DNA of 49,791 nucleotides from Burkholderiaceae bacterium (GTDB lineage Bacteria > Pseudomonadota > Gammaproteobacteria > Burkholderiales > Burkholderiaceae_E). The stretch spans positions 1 through 49,791 of the forward strand of contig JBIKWU010000001.1 of NCBI GenBank assembly GCA_044356115.1, in the 5' to 3' direction. Positions 28,810 to 38,274 of the stretch are shown here, in pieces. A model generated the notes under the pieces. That model was given only the letters and a program-made list of their open reading frames with translations. It ran no database searches and was not told where the DNA came from. Positions within the stretch are counted from its first letter, which is position 1. Every line of letters begins with the position of its first letter. The position numbers and the translations under genes were made by a program.

Positions 28810-30858
28810 TCAGTCGCGGAAGAAGAACTCGCCGATCGACTGATCGTAGAGCGCGGGCACCTGCTCGTGGCCCACGGCGCGCGCCTTGGCCACCACCTCG
28901 GCGCGCACCGCGCGCATCAGCCGGTCGACGCTGACCCCGGGCTGCTCGATCTGCCGCAGCAGCACCCGGGTGAACAGGCCGTTGGGATCGCGGTCGCTCG
29001 GGTTCAGGCGGTCGAGCGCCTGCTGCCCGGCGCCGGCGGAGAACAGCACCATCTGGCCGGTGGCCGGGGTGGTGGGGGCCATGCCGCGGGTGCCGATGGC
29101 CCGCCCGGTGCCCTTGAAGGGGTTGTCGCGGCAGGCGTCGATGATGGCCAGCGTGAAGCGCGCCTTGCGGTCCTGGATGTCGTCGAGCACCTTCTGCAGG
29201 GGCAGGGCGTCGTCACGCACCTGCTCGGCGGATTCGCCGCGGATGTCGGCCGGCAGCAGGTAGTTGGTGCCACCGATCTGCACGCCGTGGCCGGCGAAGA
29301 AGAACAGCACCTCGTCACCGCCCTGGATGCGGCTGTTGAACTGGCGCAACTCGTCCTTCATGGCACGCTCGCTGAGGTCGGTGCGCAGCGTGACCGAATA
29401 ACCCATCCGGCCAAGCTGCGCGGCCATCGCGCGCGCGTCGGCGCGGGCGTTCTGCAGCGGCGAGACCGTGCTGTAGCTGTCGTTGCCGATCACCAGCGCG
29501 AGCCGGCGCGCGCCGGGAGCCGCTGGCGCTTTCGCGACGGCACCGGGCGCGGGCGCCTGGGCGACCGGCTGGGCGGGCGCCTGCGCCGTGGGCTGGCTGC
29601 TGGCGGCCTGCTGGCGGCGGAGTTCTTCCCGAAGCTTGGCCAGTTCGGCGGCAAGCTCCTCGATGGGGCCGAGCTTGCCGGGGGTGGCCGCCGCGGGGCT
29701 GGCCGGGCTGATGACGGGCGCCGGGGCTGCCGGGCTGGCCGCGGGCGCGGGTCTGACCGGGACCACCGGCGCGGCCGTCACGGGCTTGATGGCCTGCGCG
29801 GTCACCGGCGCGATCGGCTGCGCGGTCACGGGCGGCACTGGCTGTGCGGTCACCGGCGGCACCGGCTGGGCCGTCACCGCCGACACCGGCTGTCCGGGGC
29901 GCGACTGGTCGAGCATGGCGTGGATGCGATCGCGGGCGGCCTGCTCCGAGAGCACCGGGTCGGCCCGGCCAGCGACCGACGGTGGCGTCTGTCCGGTGCT
30001 GCTGCGCACCGTGGGCGTGGCGCTGGCCTGGAGCGCGCCGCCGAGCGCGGGCATGCGCACGGTCCGGACCCCGTCGAAGAAGGCGGCGCCGGTAGCGCTC
30101 ACCATCCCGCGTGACCAGGCGCGCAGCACCGAATGCGCGGGCTCTTCACGACCCTCCCTGGCCAGTTCGCGCAGCTTGAACGGGTCGATGCCCATGGGGG
30201 CGGTACGCACGAAGGCGTTCACGAAGATGCCCTGGCCCTGCCAACGGCGAACGCTGAATTCCAGGAAGGCGGTGGTCTCGGCGGCCCAGGGCGGGCTGCT
30301 GCCCAGGGCGGTGAGGATCGGCGCCCAGGCGGTGTTGCTCTCGACGCTTTTCGTCCAGTCGGCGAACCGGGTCAGCGTGAACCAGCGCGAGCACTTCGTG
30401 ACCAGCTGGCTGTGGAGGGTGTCGTGGCGGTCGATCAGCCATGCGGTGGCTGAGTTTTCCTCGCACACCGAGCGTTCCCAGTTCATGCGGTCGGAGACCG
30501 CGCGGACCACCAGCAACGGCACGGCGGCGGCCGGGTCCTCGGCGCGCACGGCCACCGTGTGGGCCTGGGTATCCTGCCCGGCGACCTTGCGCGGCTGGTT
30601 GAAGACCGAGATCACCCGCCAACGACCATCGGGCAGGCCCACACTGCTGCCGCTTCCCAGGTCGAGCATGCCCTGCACGACCGAGCCAACCGTCGGTTGC
30701 GCCTGCGCGCCGCCTGCCACCAGGAGGGCTGCCGGCAGCAGCAGCGCGGCCAGGCGGGCGAGCAGGGTGAAGCGCGAGCGCGCTGCCTTCGGCGCGATCG
30801 TGCGCGGGGCCAGGGTCGGGATCGGCTGGGTCGCGGCCGGCAGCAGGAGCTCGGGCAT
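28810..30858 (-). CDS. Exported protein with an unknown N-terminal domain, Pro/Ala-rich linker and C-terminal caspase-like (peptidase C14) domain
   Basis: Signal-like LLARLAALLLPAALLVAGGAQA. C-terminus has RLALVIGNDSY, LQNARADA, FFAGHG (catalytic His), NYLLP, IIDACRDNPF (catalytic Cys), NGLFT and QVP. Start is uncertain. Confidence 0.85.
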   Translation of the reverse strand: MPELLLPAATQPIPTLAPRTIAPKAARSRFTLLARLAALLLPAALLVAGGAQAQPTVGSVVQGMLDLGSGSSVGLPDGRWRVISVFNQPRKVAGQDTQAHTVAVRAEDPAAAVPLLVVRAVSDRMNWERSVCEENSATAWLIDRHDTLHSQLVTKCSRWFTLTRFADWTKSVESNTAWAPILTALGSSPPWAAETTAFLEFSVRRWQGQGIFVNAFVRTAPMGIDPFKLRELAREGREEPAHSVLRAWSRGMVSATGAAFFDGVRTVRMPALGGALQASATPTVRSSTGQTPPSVAGRADPVLSEQAARDRIHAMLDQSRPGQPVSAVTAQPVPPVTAQPVPPVTAQPIAPVTAQAIKPVTAAPVVPVRPAPAASPAAPAPVISPASPAAATPGKLGPIEELAAELAKLREELRRQQAASSQPTAQAPAQPVAQAPAPGAVAKAPAAPGARRLALVIGNDSYSTVSPLQNARADARAMAAQLGRMGYSVTLRTDLSERAMKDELRQFNSRIQGGDEVLFFFAGHGVQIGGTNYLLPADIRGESAEQVRDDALPLQKVLDDIQDRKARFTLAIIDACRDNPFKGTGRAIGTRGMAPTTPATGQMVLFSAGAGQQALDRLNPSDRDPNGLFTRVLLRQIEQPGVSVDRLMRAVRAEVVAKARAVGHEQVPALYDQSIGEFFFRD
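29761..29892 (-). repeat. Coding tandem repeat, about 5.5 x 24 bp (QPVPPVTA-like octapeptide)
   Basis: Translation reads QPVSAVTA QPVPPVTA QPVPPVTA QPIAPVTA QAIKPVTA APVV. Confidence 0.85.
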
Positions 30859-31059
30859 GGATCGTCTCGTCGTGAACCGCCGTCGGCCACGGCGCCGCCG
30901 GCGTTTCATCGTAGCGCGAGGGCCGGATGGCCGCCGCCGGGTGCGCCCCGACCGGTCGGTTCCCGGGGGTGAACGGCCGCCGCTTTGCTATCCTCGACCC
31001 ATCCGCCGTCCGCAGCGCAGTCCTGCCCTGGCCCGTCGACCGGCGACAAGGATGTCCTG

Positions 31060-32133
31060 ATGAGCGATGTGTCGGTGGACCGCACCCGCCGCGTGCGGCC
31101 GGTGCTCGAGTATCCGTGTGGCGAACCGCCGGTGGCCGGTCAGGCCACCGAGGTGGCGCCCGGCGTGCTCTGGATCCGCATGCCGCTGCCCTTCTCGCTC
31201 GCCAACATCAACCTCTGGGCGATCCGTGATGGCGCTGGCTGGACCGTGGTCGACACCGGCATCCAGACCCCGGAGACCGCCACCGCCTGGCGCGAGGTGC
31301 TGGCCGGCCCGATGGCCGGTCTGCCGGTCACGCGGGTCATCGTCACCCACATGCACCCCGACCATGTCGGCATGGCGGGCTGGCTGATCCGCAAGTTCCC
31401 GGGCGCCGCGCTGTGGATGACCAAGCTCGAGTACCTCAACTGCCGGGTGCTGGTGGCCGACACCGGCCGCGAGGCGCCCGAGGACGGTGTGCTGTTCTAT
31501 CGCCGCGCCGGCTGGAACGAGGAGGCCATCGAGCACTACCGCACCCGATTCGGCGGCTTCGGCAAGAGCACCTACAAGATCCCCGACAGCTTCCGGCGCC
31601 TGAAGGATGGCGACGAACTGCGCATCGGCGAGCATGCCTGGCGGGTGGTGGTGGGCAACGGCCACTCGCCCGAGCATGCCTGCCTGCACTGCCCCGAACT
31701 CGGCCTGCTGATCTCCGGCGACCAGGTGCTGCCCCGCATCTCCTCCAATGTCTCGGTGTTCCCCACCGAGCCGCAGGCCGATCCGCTGGGCGACTGGCTG
31801 AGTTCGCTCGCGCGCATCCGCCGCGAGGTGCCCGATGCCGTGCTGGTGCTGCCGGCCCACAACGAGCCCTTCCGTGGCCTGCACGCGCGGCTGGACGATC
31901 TCATCCGCGGTCACGAGGTCGGCCTCGAGCGGCTGCGCCGTTCGCTGCGCGACCGGCACTGCCGGGCGATCGACGTGTTCGGCGCGCTGTTCGCGCGCAA
32001 GATCGACGGCGACAAGCACCTGCTGGGCATGGCCACCGGCGAGAGCCTCGCCCACCTCAACTACCTGATCGCCCGCGGCGAAGCGGTCCTCGAGACCGAC
32101 GAGCAGGGCGTGAACTGGTACCGCGCCGCCTGA
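31060..32133 (+). CDS. MBL-fold metallo-hydrolase
   Basis: AAGGA RBS before ATG 31060. WIRMPLPF, VVDTG, THMHPDHVG, GHSPEH, SGDQVLPRISSN and LPAHNEPF. Confidence 0.92.
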   Translation: MSDVSVDRTRRVRPVLEYPCGEPPVAGQATEVAPGVLWIRMPLPFSLANINLWAIRDGAGWTVVDTGIQTPETATAWREVLAGPMAGLPVTRVIVTHMHPDHVGMAGWLIRKFPGAALWMTKLEYLNCRVLVADTGREAPEDGVLFYRRAGWNEEAIEHYRTRFGGFGKSTYKIPDSFRRLKDGDELRIGEHAWRVVVGNGHSPEHACLHCPELGLLISGDQVLPRISSNVSVFPTEPQADPLGDWLSSLARIRREVPDAVLVLPAHNEPFRGLHARLDDLIRGHEVGLERLRRSLRDRHCRAIDVFGALFARKIDGDKHLLGMATGESLAHLNYLIARGEAVLETDEQGVNWYRAA

Positions 32134-32137
32134 CCGC

Positions 32138-32953
32138 ATGACGCTCGCGCTGCTCCCCGGGGCCGACACCGGCAGCCTGCTGGCGGCGATGACCGCCACC
32201 GGGCTGCTCGGACTGAAGCACGGTTTCGATGCCGATCATCTCGCGGCGATCGACGCGGTGGGTCGGGTGCACCGGCAGGCCGGCCGCCTGGGCGCGGCGG
32301 CCGCCAGCGGGGCGCTGTTCTCCGGTGGGCATGCGCTGGTGATGCTGGCAGCGGCGTTGCTCGCCTTCCGGGCCGGGGGCACGTTCCTGCCCGACTGGCT
32401 GGATGCGGCCGGCGCCTGGCTCTCCATCGGCTGCCTGAGCCTGATCGGCGTACTGAGCATCCGCTCGGCCGACCATCATCAGCCGGGGCCGCTCGCCTGG
32501 CGCCGGGCGCTGCTAGGGCGACTCCTGCCGGCCCGCATGCCGGCCTGGTCGGCCGCGCTGGTGGGCGCGCTGTTCGCGGTCTCGCTCGATACCCTCGCTA
32601 CCGCCGCCATGTTCGCCGGCTCGGGCGCCCGTCTGGGCGGCTGGCTGGCGGTCATGCTGCTGGGCCTGGCCTTCGCGGCGGGCATGTTGCTGGCCGACGG
32701 GCTTTCCGGCTGGTGGGTCAACCGGCTGAGCGGTGCCGGCGCGCTGCAGCAGCGCCGGGGGCGCCGTCTGGCGGGCTGGCTGGTGGGTCTGGCCGCGCTC
32801 GGCACGGCCGCGCTGGGCGCAGCCCGGCAACTGGCGCCGGCGCTCGATGGCTGGGCTGACGCCCACGCCCTGGGCGTGGGTCTGAGCCTGCTGCTCGCCA
32901 CCGCGCTGAGCCTGCTGGCGGCCGCGGCCTACATGCGCCTGCGCCCCGGCTGA
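32138..32953 (+). CDS. HoxN/HupN/NixA-family (NiCoT) nickel/cobalt permease
   Basis: Signature GLKHGFDADHLAAID (HX4DH), FSGGH and VGALFAVSLDT, with multiple TM helices. Confidence 0.85.
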   Translation: MTLALLPGADTGSLLAAMTATGLLGLKHGFDADHLAAIDAVGRVHRQAGRLGAAAASGALFSGGHALVMLAAALLAFRAGGTFLPDWLDAAGAWLSIGCLSLIGVLSIRSADHHQPGPLAWRRALLGRLLPARMPAWSAALVGALFAVSLDTLATAAMFAGSGARLGGWLAVMLLGLAFAAGMLLADGLSGWWVNRLSGAGALQQRRGRRLAGWLVGLAALGTAALGAARQLAPALDGWADAHALGVGLSLLLATALSLLAAAAYMRLRPG

Positions 32954-33002
32954 AGCGCAGGCCGACCCGACCGCGCGCCAGCCGGCCCGTCTGGGCGGGA
33001 CC

Positions 33003-35315
33003 TCAGCTGCGGGCGCGCAGCGCCGCCCACACCCGTGGCGGCGTGAAGGGCATGTCCATGGGCGGCACGCCGCGCCGGCGCAGCGCGTCGCTCATGGCAT
33101 TGACCAGCGCCGGCAGCGAGCCCGAGCAGCCCGATTCGCCCACGCCCTTGGCGCCGAGCGCGTTCAGGCGGGTGGGCACCGGGTGGTAGTCGGTGCGGAT
33201 GTGGCGCAGCCAGTCGGCCCGCGGCATGACGTAGTCCATGAAGCTGCCGGTGAGCAGCTGCGCCGTGTCGGGGTCGTAGACCAGCTGCTCGCCGAACACC
33301 TGACCCGCACCCTGCACCACCCCGCCATGCACCTGACCCTGCGTGAGCTGTGGCGACACCACGTTGCCGAGGTCGTCCACCGAGGTGTAGGCCACGATCT
33401 CGGTGATGCCGGTGGCCGGGTCGATCTCCACCTCGGCCACGTGGCAGCCGTTGGGGAAGGTGGTCCCCGAGCTGGATTCGCCTTCGCAGTCAAGGGGATG
33501 GGGGCTGGCGCCGCGCAGCGAGTCGGCCAGCTCGAACAGGCCGATGCGGTGCTCGCCGCCGTGGAAGGCGCCGTCGCGGTATTCGAGGGTGGCGGCGGGC
33601 AACGACAGGGCGCGCGCGGCATGCGGCCGCGCGTGCTCGATCAGGTTGCCGCACAGCACCTTGAGCGCGCTGCCCGCGCCATAGAGCGAGCGCGAGCCGC
33701 CGGTGCCGTTGCCCACCAGCTCCTCGGCGGGGTCGCTCGCGTGGTAGCGCAGCCGCTCGCGCGGCACGCCGAGCAGGCCGGCCACGAGCTGGGTGAACGA
33801 GGTCTCGTGGCCCTGGCCGGAAGGCCCGGTGACCCCGTGCAGGTGGAGCAGGCCATCATCGCGGAATCGCGCCGAGACCTGGTCCTTGGGCGCCACGCCG
33901 CCGCCCGAGGCCTCGAGGTAGCAGCCGAAGCCGATGCCGCGCAGACGGCCGCGGGCCTCGCTCGCCTGACGGCGGGCGTCGAAGTCGGTGTAGCTGGCCA
34001 GGGTCAGGGCCTTGTCCATCACGGCGGCGAATTCGCCGCTGTCGTACTCGGTACCGTTGGCGGTGGTGTAGGGGAAGGCCGAGGGCGGGATGAAGTTGCG
34101 CCGACGCAGCGCCACGCGGTCGAAGCCGTGTTCGGCCGCGGCCTGGTCGATCAGGCGCTCGATGGCATAGGCGATGTCGGGACGCCCCGCGCCGCGGTAG
34201 GCCGACACCGGCACGGTGTGGGTGTAGACCAGGGTGGAGCGCGCATGCAGCGCCGGCACCCGATAGGCCCCGCCCATGGTGACGGTGAGGTTGCGGGTGC
34301 CGATCATCGACTGGAAGTAGCAGGTGTAGGCGCCGAGATCGGCCTGGTTCTCGTAGCGCAGCGCCAGGATGTTGCCCTCAGCATCGAGCGCGATGCTCGC
34401 CTGCAGCACCAGCGCCCGGCCGTGCCAGTCGCTGAGGAAGACCTCGCTGCGTGAGCCCACCCACTTCACCGGCCGGCCCAGCTTGCGGGCGGCCAGCATC
34501 ACCAGCGCCTGCTCCGGATACGGGCCGCCGCGCAGACCGAAGGAGCCGCCCACGTCATGGGCGATGACCTCGATGCGGCTGGCGTCGTAGCCGGTGATGG
34601 CCGTGAGCGACTGCCGCATGCCCAGCATGCCCTGGGTGGGGGTGTGGATGGTGAAGCGGTCGGTCTCGGGGTGGTGCACCGCCAGGCAGGCCCGCGGCTC
34701 GAGGGGCGCGCCGGCCAGCCGCTGGCTGTGCATGCGCAGGGTGGTGGTGTGGGCCGCGCGCGCAAAGGCGGCGTCGGCCGCGGCGGCGTCGCCCGCCTCG
34801 TAGATCACGCTGACGTTGCCCGGCATGGACTCGTGCACCCGCGGCGCGTCGGGGGCGAGCGCGGCGTCCATCGAGGCCACCGCGGGCAGGTCCTCGTAGT
34901 CGACGCTGACCAGTTCGGCCGCGTCCTGCGCGGCGCGGGCGGTGTCGGCGATGACCATCGCGATGGGTTGCCCCACGAAGCGCACCCGGTCGGTGGCCAG
35001 GATGGGCAGCTGGCACTTCACCTGCGGCTTGCCGTCGGCTCCGCTGACCGGCGGGCCGCCCGGGATGGGCTGGAAGCCGGCCTCGGCGACATCGAAGGCG
35101 GTGAGCACGGCCACCACGCCGGCCGCCTCGCTGGCGGCCGAGCTGTCCACGCGCAGCAGTCGGGCGTGGGCGCGGTCGGATCGCACCATGGCGGCGTGCA
35201 GCTGGCCGGGCAGGTTCCAGTCGGCGGTGTAGCGGCCCTGGCCGGTGACCAGGCGCCGGTCTTCGTCGCGGGCCGGGGCGAGGCCACCGGTGCGCGGATC
35301 GATGGTCACGCTCAT
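33003..35315 (-). CDS. Xanthine dehydrogenase/CoxL-family molybdopterin-binding subunit (form II-type motif)
   Basis: [46 protein letters not shown] and GAKGVGE. ATG 35315 overlaps the small-subunit stop. Confidence 0.93.
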   Translation of the reverse strand: MSVTIDPRTGGLAPARDEDRRLVTGQGRYTADWNLPGQLHAAMVRSDRAHARLLRVDSSAASEAAGVVAVLTAFDVAEAGFQPIPGGPPVSGADGKPQVKCQLPILATDRVRFVGQPIAMVIADTARAAQDAAELVSVDYEDLPAVASMDAALAPDAPRVHESMPGNVSVIYEAGDAAAADAAFARAAHTTTLRMHSQRLAGAPLEPRACLAVHHPETDRFTIHTPTQGMLGMRQSLTAITGYDASRIEVIAHDVGGSFGLRGGPYPEQALVMLAARKLGRPVKWVGSRSEVFLSDWHGRALVLQASIALDAEGNILALRYENQADLGAYTCYFQSMIGTRNLTVTMGGAYRVPALHARSTLVYTHTVPVSAYRGAGRPDIAYAIERLIDQAAAEHGFDRVALRRRNFIPPSAFPYTTANGTEYDSGEFAAVMDKALTLASYTDFDARRQASEARGRLRGIGFGCYLEASGGGVAPKDQVSARFRDDGLLHLHGVTGPSGQGHETSFTQLVAGLLGVPRERLRYHASDPAEELVGNGTGGSRSLYGAGSALKVLCGNLIEHARPHAARALSLPAATLEYRDGAFHGGEHRIGLFELADSLRGASPHPLDCEGESSSGTTFPNGCHVAEVEIDPATGITEIVAYTSVDDLGNVVSPQLTQGQVHGGVVQGAGQVFGEQLVYDPDTAQLLTGSFMDYVMPRADWLRHIRTDYHPVPTRLNALGAKGVGESGCSGSLPALVNAMSDALRRRGVPPMDMPFTPPRVWAALRARS

Positions 35316-35794
35316 TGGGCGCCTCCCTCGGCGGCGGCCAGCCGGCCCGCGGCGGTGCGCACCGCCTCGACGATGTTCACGTAGCCGGTGCAGCGGCACA
35401 GGTTGCCAGCCAGGCCCTCGAGAATCTGCTCGTCGGAGGGCGAGGGGTGGCGGCGCAGGAGGTCGACGCTGGCCATGATCATGCCCGGGGTGCAGAAGCC
35501 GCATTGCAGGCCATGGCAGGCCGAGAAGGCCTCCTGCACCGGGTGCAGGCGCTCGCCCTGGGCCAGGCCCTCGATGGTGACCACCGAGCAGCCGTCGGCC
35601 TGAGCGGCGAGCATGGTGCACGACTTCACAGCCTGGCCATCGACATGCACGGTGCAGCAGCCGCACTGGCTGGTGTCGCAGCCGACATGGGTGCCGGTGA
35701 GGCCGAAGCCGTCACGCAGCAGGTCGGCGAGCAGGGTGCGTTCCTCGCAGTCCGCGCTGCGCGGCTGCCCATTGACGACGAGTTCGATCTTCAT
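35312..35794 (-). CDS. (2Fe-2S)-binding small subunit (CoxS-like)
   Basis: [12 protein letters not shown]...KSC and QCGFCTPG...NLCRCTGY. Confidence 0.95.
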   Translation of the reverse strand: MKIELVVNGQPRSADCEERTLLADLLRDGFGLTGTHVGCDTSQCGCCTVHVDGQAVKSCTMLAAQADGCSVVTIEGLAQGERLHPVQEAFSACHGLQCGFCTPGMIMASVDLLRRHPSPSDEQILEGLAGNLCRCTGYVNIVEAVRTAAGRLAAAEGGAQ

Positions 35795-35807
35795 GCGGGT
35801 CTCCGGA

Positions 35808-36614
35808 TCAGGCCGAGGCGCTGGTGAGCGCGGCCACCGCGCGCTGGGTCATGAGCGTGACGAGGTGGGCGCGGTACTCGGTCGGGGCATGCAGGTCGGC
35901 GTTCAGGCCTTCCGGCGAGACGCTGAGCGAGCCGATGGCGGCGGCCGAGAGGTCGCGGGCGAGCGCGGCCTCGGCGGCCTGCCAGCGGAACACGCCCGGT
36001 CCGGCGCCGGTGACGGCCACCCGGATCTCGTCGTCGAACTCGGCCACGAACACGCCGGTCATGGCGTACCCCGAGGCGGGGTGGGGGAACTTGGCGTAGG
36101 CCGCCCGGCGCGGGCAGCCGAAGCGCACCGCGGTGATGATCTCGTCGGGCTCCAGCGCGGTGGTGAACATGCCCTGGAAGAATGCGTCGGCCGGGATGCC
36201 GCGCCGGTCGGTGACCACCACGGCGCGGCAACCGAGCACGGCCGCCGGGTAGTCGGCGGCCGGGTCGTTGTTGGCGATCGACCCGCCCAGGGTGCCACGG
36301 GCCCGCACCTGGGGGTCGCCGATGCGTCCGGCGAGATCGGCCAGCGCCGGCAGGTTGGCGCGCACGGCGGCGTCGGCCGCGATCTCGCCGTGCCGGGTGC
36401 CGGCGCCCACCGACAGCGCGTCGCGGTCACGGGCGATGCCGCGCAGTTCGGCGAGCCGGCCGATGTCGATCAGGGTGGACGGCGCCGCCAGGCGGTGCTT
36501 CATGGACGGCAGCAGGGTCATGCCGCCGGCCAGCAGCCGAGCCTGCGGGTCGGCCTTCAGGCTGGCCAGCGCCTGCGCCAGACCGCCGGCCCGCTGGTAG
36601 GAGAAGGGATACAT
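35808..36614 (-). CDS. FAD-binding medium subunit (CoxM-like)
   Basis: ATG at 36614 (MYPFSYQR). [48 protein letters not shown] and DLHAPTEYR. Confidence 0.93.
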   Translation of the reverse strand: MYPFSYQRAGGLAQALASLKADPQARLLAGGMTLLPSMKHRLAAPSTLIDIGRLAELRGIARDRDALSVGAGTRHGEIAADAAVRANLPALADLAGRIGDPQVRARGTLGGSIANNDPAADYPAAVLGCRAVVVTDRRGIPADAFFQGMFTTALEPDEIITAVRFGCPRRAAYAKFPHPASGYAMTGVFVAEFDDEIRVAVTGAGPGVFRWQAAEAALARDLSAAAIGSLSVSPEGLNADLHAPTEYRAHLVTLMTQRAVAALTSASA

Positions 36615-36817
36615 GGAGCGCCTTTCGGGGCAGACCCGTTGCCGGGGATGACGGGACATTAACACCGCACGCCGGGCGCGACCCGGCGGCCCGTTTCGCG
36701 CTTGCCGGCAGGATGCCCCGGCGCCCGGCCCGCGGCATTGATCCTGAGGGGCGGCGGCGGACGGAATTTGCCGCCGGACGGTATCCAGTTCCTGCGTCGG
36801 GTGCCGAAAACCGTCGT

Positions 36818-37573
36818 ATGGCTCTTCGGGCGTCCAGGGAAGGTTCGGCAGCGGCACCACTGACGCGGGCGCGCGCCGCCTTGGCGCGTCGACGCCTGCC
36901 GCTGCTCTTCGCCGGCGGCCTGATGGTCGCCGTGGCCTGCGCGATCGCCCAGACCCAGGCCCAGGGATCACGGCCGCCGCAGGCGGGCATCGCCCGCGAA
37001 TCGGTCGCGGTGGTGACCAGCGCCAGCGGCGACACCGTCCTGCTGCGCGCCGGGTCGCTGACCTCGCCGGTTCGATCGGGTACGCAACTGTCGGCCGGTG
37101 ACCGGCTGTTCACCCGGATCGGCGGGCGCATCGCGCTGCGCTTTTCCGACGGCGCCGTGATGGCCTTGCACCCGAACACCGAGTTCCGGATCGATGACTA
37201 CCAGTACGACACGGCCGACCAGCGCAGCTTGCTCAGCCTCATGCGGGGCGCGTTGCGCACCGTCACCGGTGCGATCGGCCGCCGTCATCGCGATGACTAC
37301 CGGCTCAACACCCCCAGCGCCACCATCGGCATTCGCGGCACCGAGTTCGAAGCCACCGAGACGGTGTGTCCGCCCTCGGGCTGCGCGCCGGGCGAGCAGC
37401 CCGGGCTCTCGGTGCGGGTGATCCAGGGTCGGGTCTCGATGAGCAACGAGGCCGGCAGTCTCGAGATCGGCGCCGGCGCGACCGGCCATGTCGCCGACCG
37501 GCGAACAGCACCGGTCTCCTCGGTGCAGCCAAGCGCGCCGATGCGCGCCAGAGACCCGATCGCCCCGCACTGA
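36818..37573 (+). CDS. FecR-domain exported protein
   Basis: N-terminal hydrophobic stretch. GDRLFT, LRFSDG, L-x-RGALRTVTGAIG, TPSATIGIRGTEF and VIQGRV..SNEAG. Start is uncertain. Confidence 0.8.
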   Translation: MALRASREGSAAAPLTRARAALARRRLPLLFAGGLMVAVACAIAQTQAQGSRPPQAGIARESVAVVTSASGDTVLLRAGSLTSPVRSGTQLSAGDRLFTRIGGRIALRFSDGAVMALHPNTEFRIDDYQYDTADQRSLLSLMRGALRTVTGAIGRRHRDDYRLNTPSATIGIRGTEFEATETVCPPSGCAPGEQPGLSVRVIQGRVSMSNEAGSLEIGAGATGHVADRRTAPVSSVQPSAPMRARDPIAPH

Positions 37574-37613
37574 GCCGGACGTCGCGAGCGTCGTTCGGCC
37601 CTACACTGCGGCG

Positions 37614-38234
37614 ATGTTCGTCACGGCGTTCACCTGGTGGGGCTCCGCGGTCACGTGGCTGGAGGTGATGGCCTTCCTCCTCGCCTTCGCCTGCGTGATC
37701 TGCAACATACTCGAGAATCCGTGGGGCTGGCCGCTGGCGATCGTGAGCAGCGCGCTCTACGCATGGCTGTTCGCGGTCAACCGCATCTACGGTGACGCGG
37801 GCCTGCAGGTGTTCTTCGCCCTCACCTCGCTGTGGGGCTGGTGGCAGTGGCTGTTCGGTCGACGGGCCGGCGCCGGGCCCGGAGAGCGGCTGCGGGTGGT
37901 GCGGCTCGCGCGGCGGCAGATGCTGGCGCTCGCCCTGGCCTGGCTCGTCCTGTGGCTGGGTCTGGGGCTGGCTCTTTCACGGCTCACCGATTCCGACGTG
38001 CCCTGGCTGGATGCCTTTCCCACCGCGGGCAGCCTGCTCGGTCAGGTGCTTCTCGGTCGCAAGGTGCTCGAGAACTGGGCGGTCTGGATGCTGGTCAACG
38101 TGTCGAGCATCGCCCTCTTCACCCACAAGCAACTCTGGCTGACGGCCCTGCTCTACACGCTGTTCATCGGCACGGCACTGATCGGCTGGCTGCGCTGGCG
38201 GGCAGTCTGGCGCGCCGCACGCGAGCCGGTCTGA
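37614..38234 (+). CDS. pnuC: Nicotinamide riboside transporter PnuC
   Basis: WLEVMAF, WGWPLAIVS, YGDAGLQVFF, WGWWQW, PWLDAFPT and KVLENWAVW. Confidence 0.92.
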   Translation: MFVTAFTWWGSAVTWLEVMAFLLAFACVICNILENPWGWPLAIVSSALYAWLFAVNRIYGDAGLQVFFALTSLWGWWQWLFGRRAGAGPGERLRVVRLARRQMLALALAWLVLWLGLGLALSRLTDSDVPWLDAFPTAGSLLGQVLLGRKVLENWAVWMLVNVSSIALFTHKQLWLTALLYTLFIGTALIGWLRWRAVWRAAREPV

Positions 38235-38274
38235 CCGGGGCGCTGGTGTATCCTCGCCGCGCACCCCGATCCTC

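Noticed and set aside
22270-29892. CRISPR array suggested by short repeats
   Set aside because: One repeat has only two copies without a spacer, the other is an in-frame coding repeat, and there are no cas genes.
26629-30114. 1161-aa plus-strand ORF
   Set aside because: Shadow of the CNNM, dienelactone hydrolase and caspase genes, with Arg/Gly/Ala-rich, motif-free composition.
30859-30909. Poly-Arg N-terminus [11 protein letters not shown] on the caspase-like ORF
   Set aside because: That ATG overlaps a likely -10 box (TACGAT), so the extension is probably translated GC-rich UTR. It is not fully excluded.
33003-36614. True aerobic CO dehydrogenase
   Set aside because: It lacks the Cu-binding AYxCSFR motif and the cox accessory genes.
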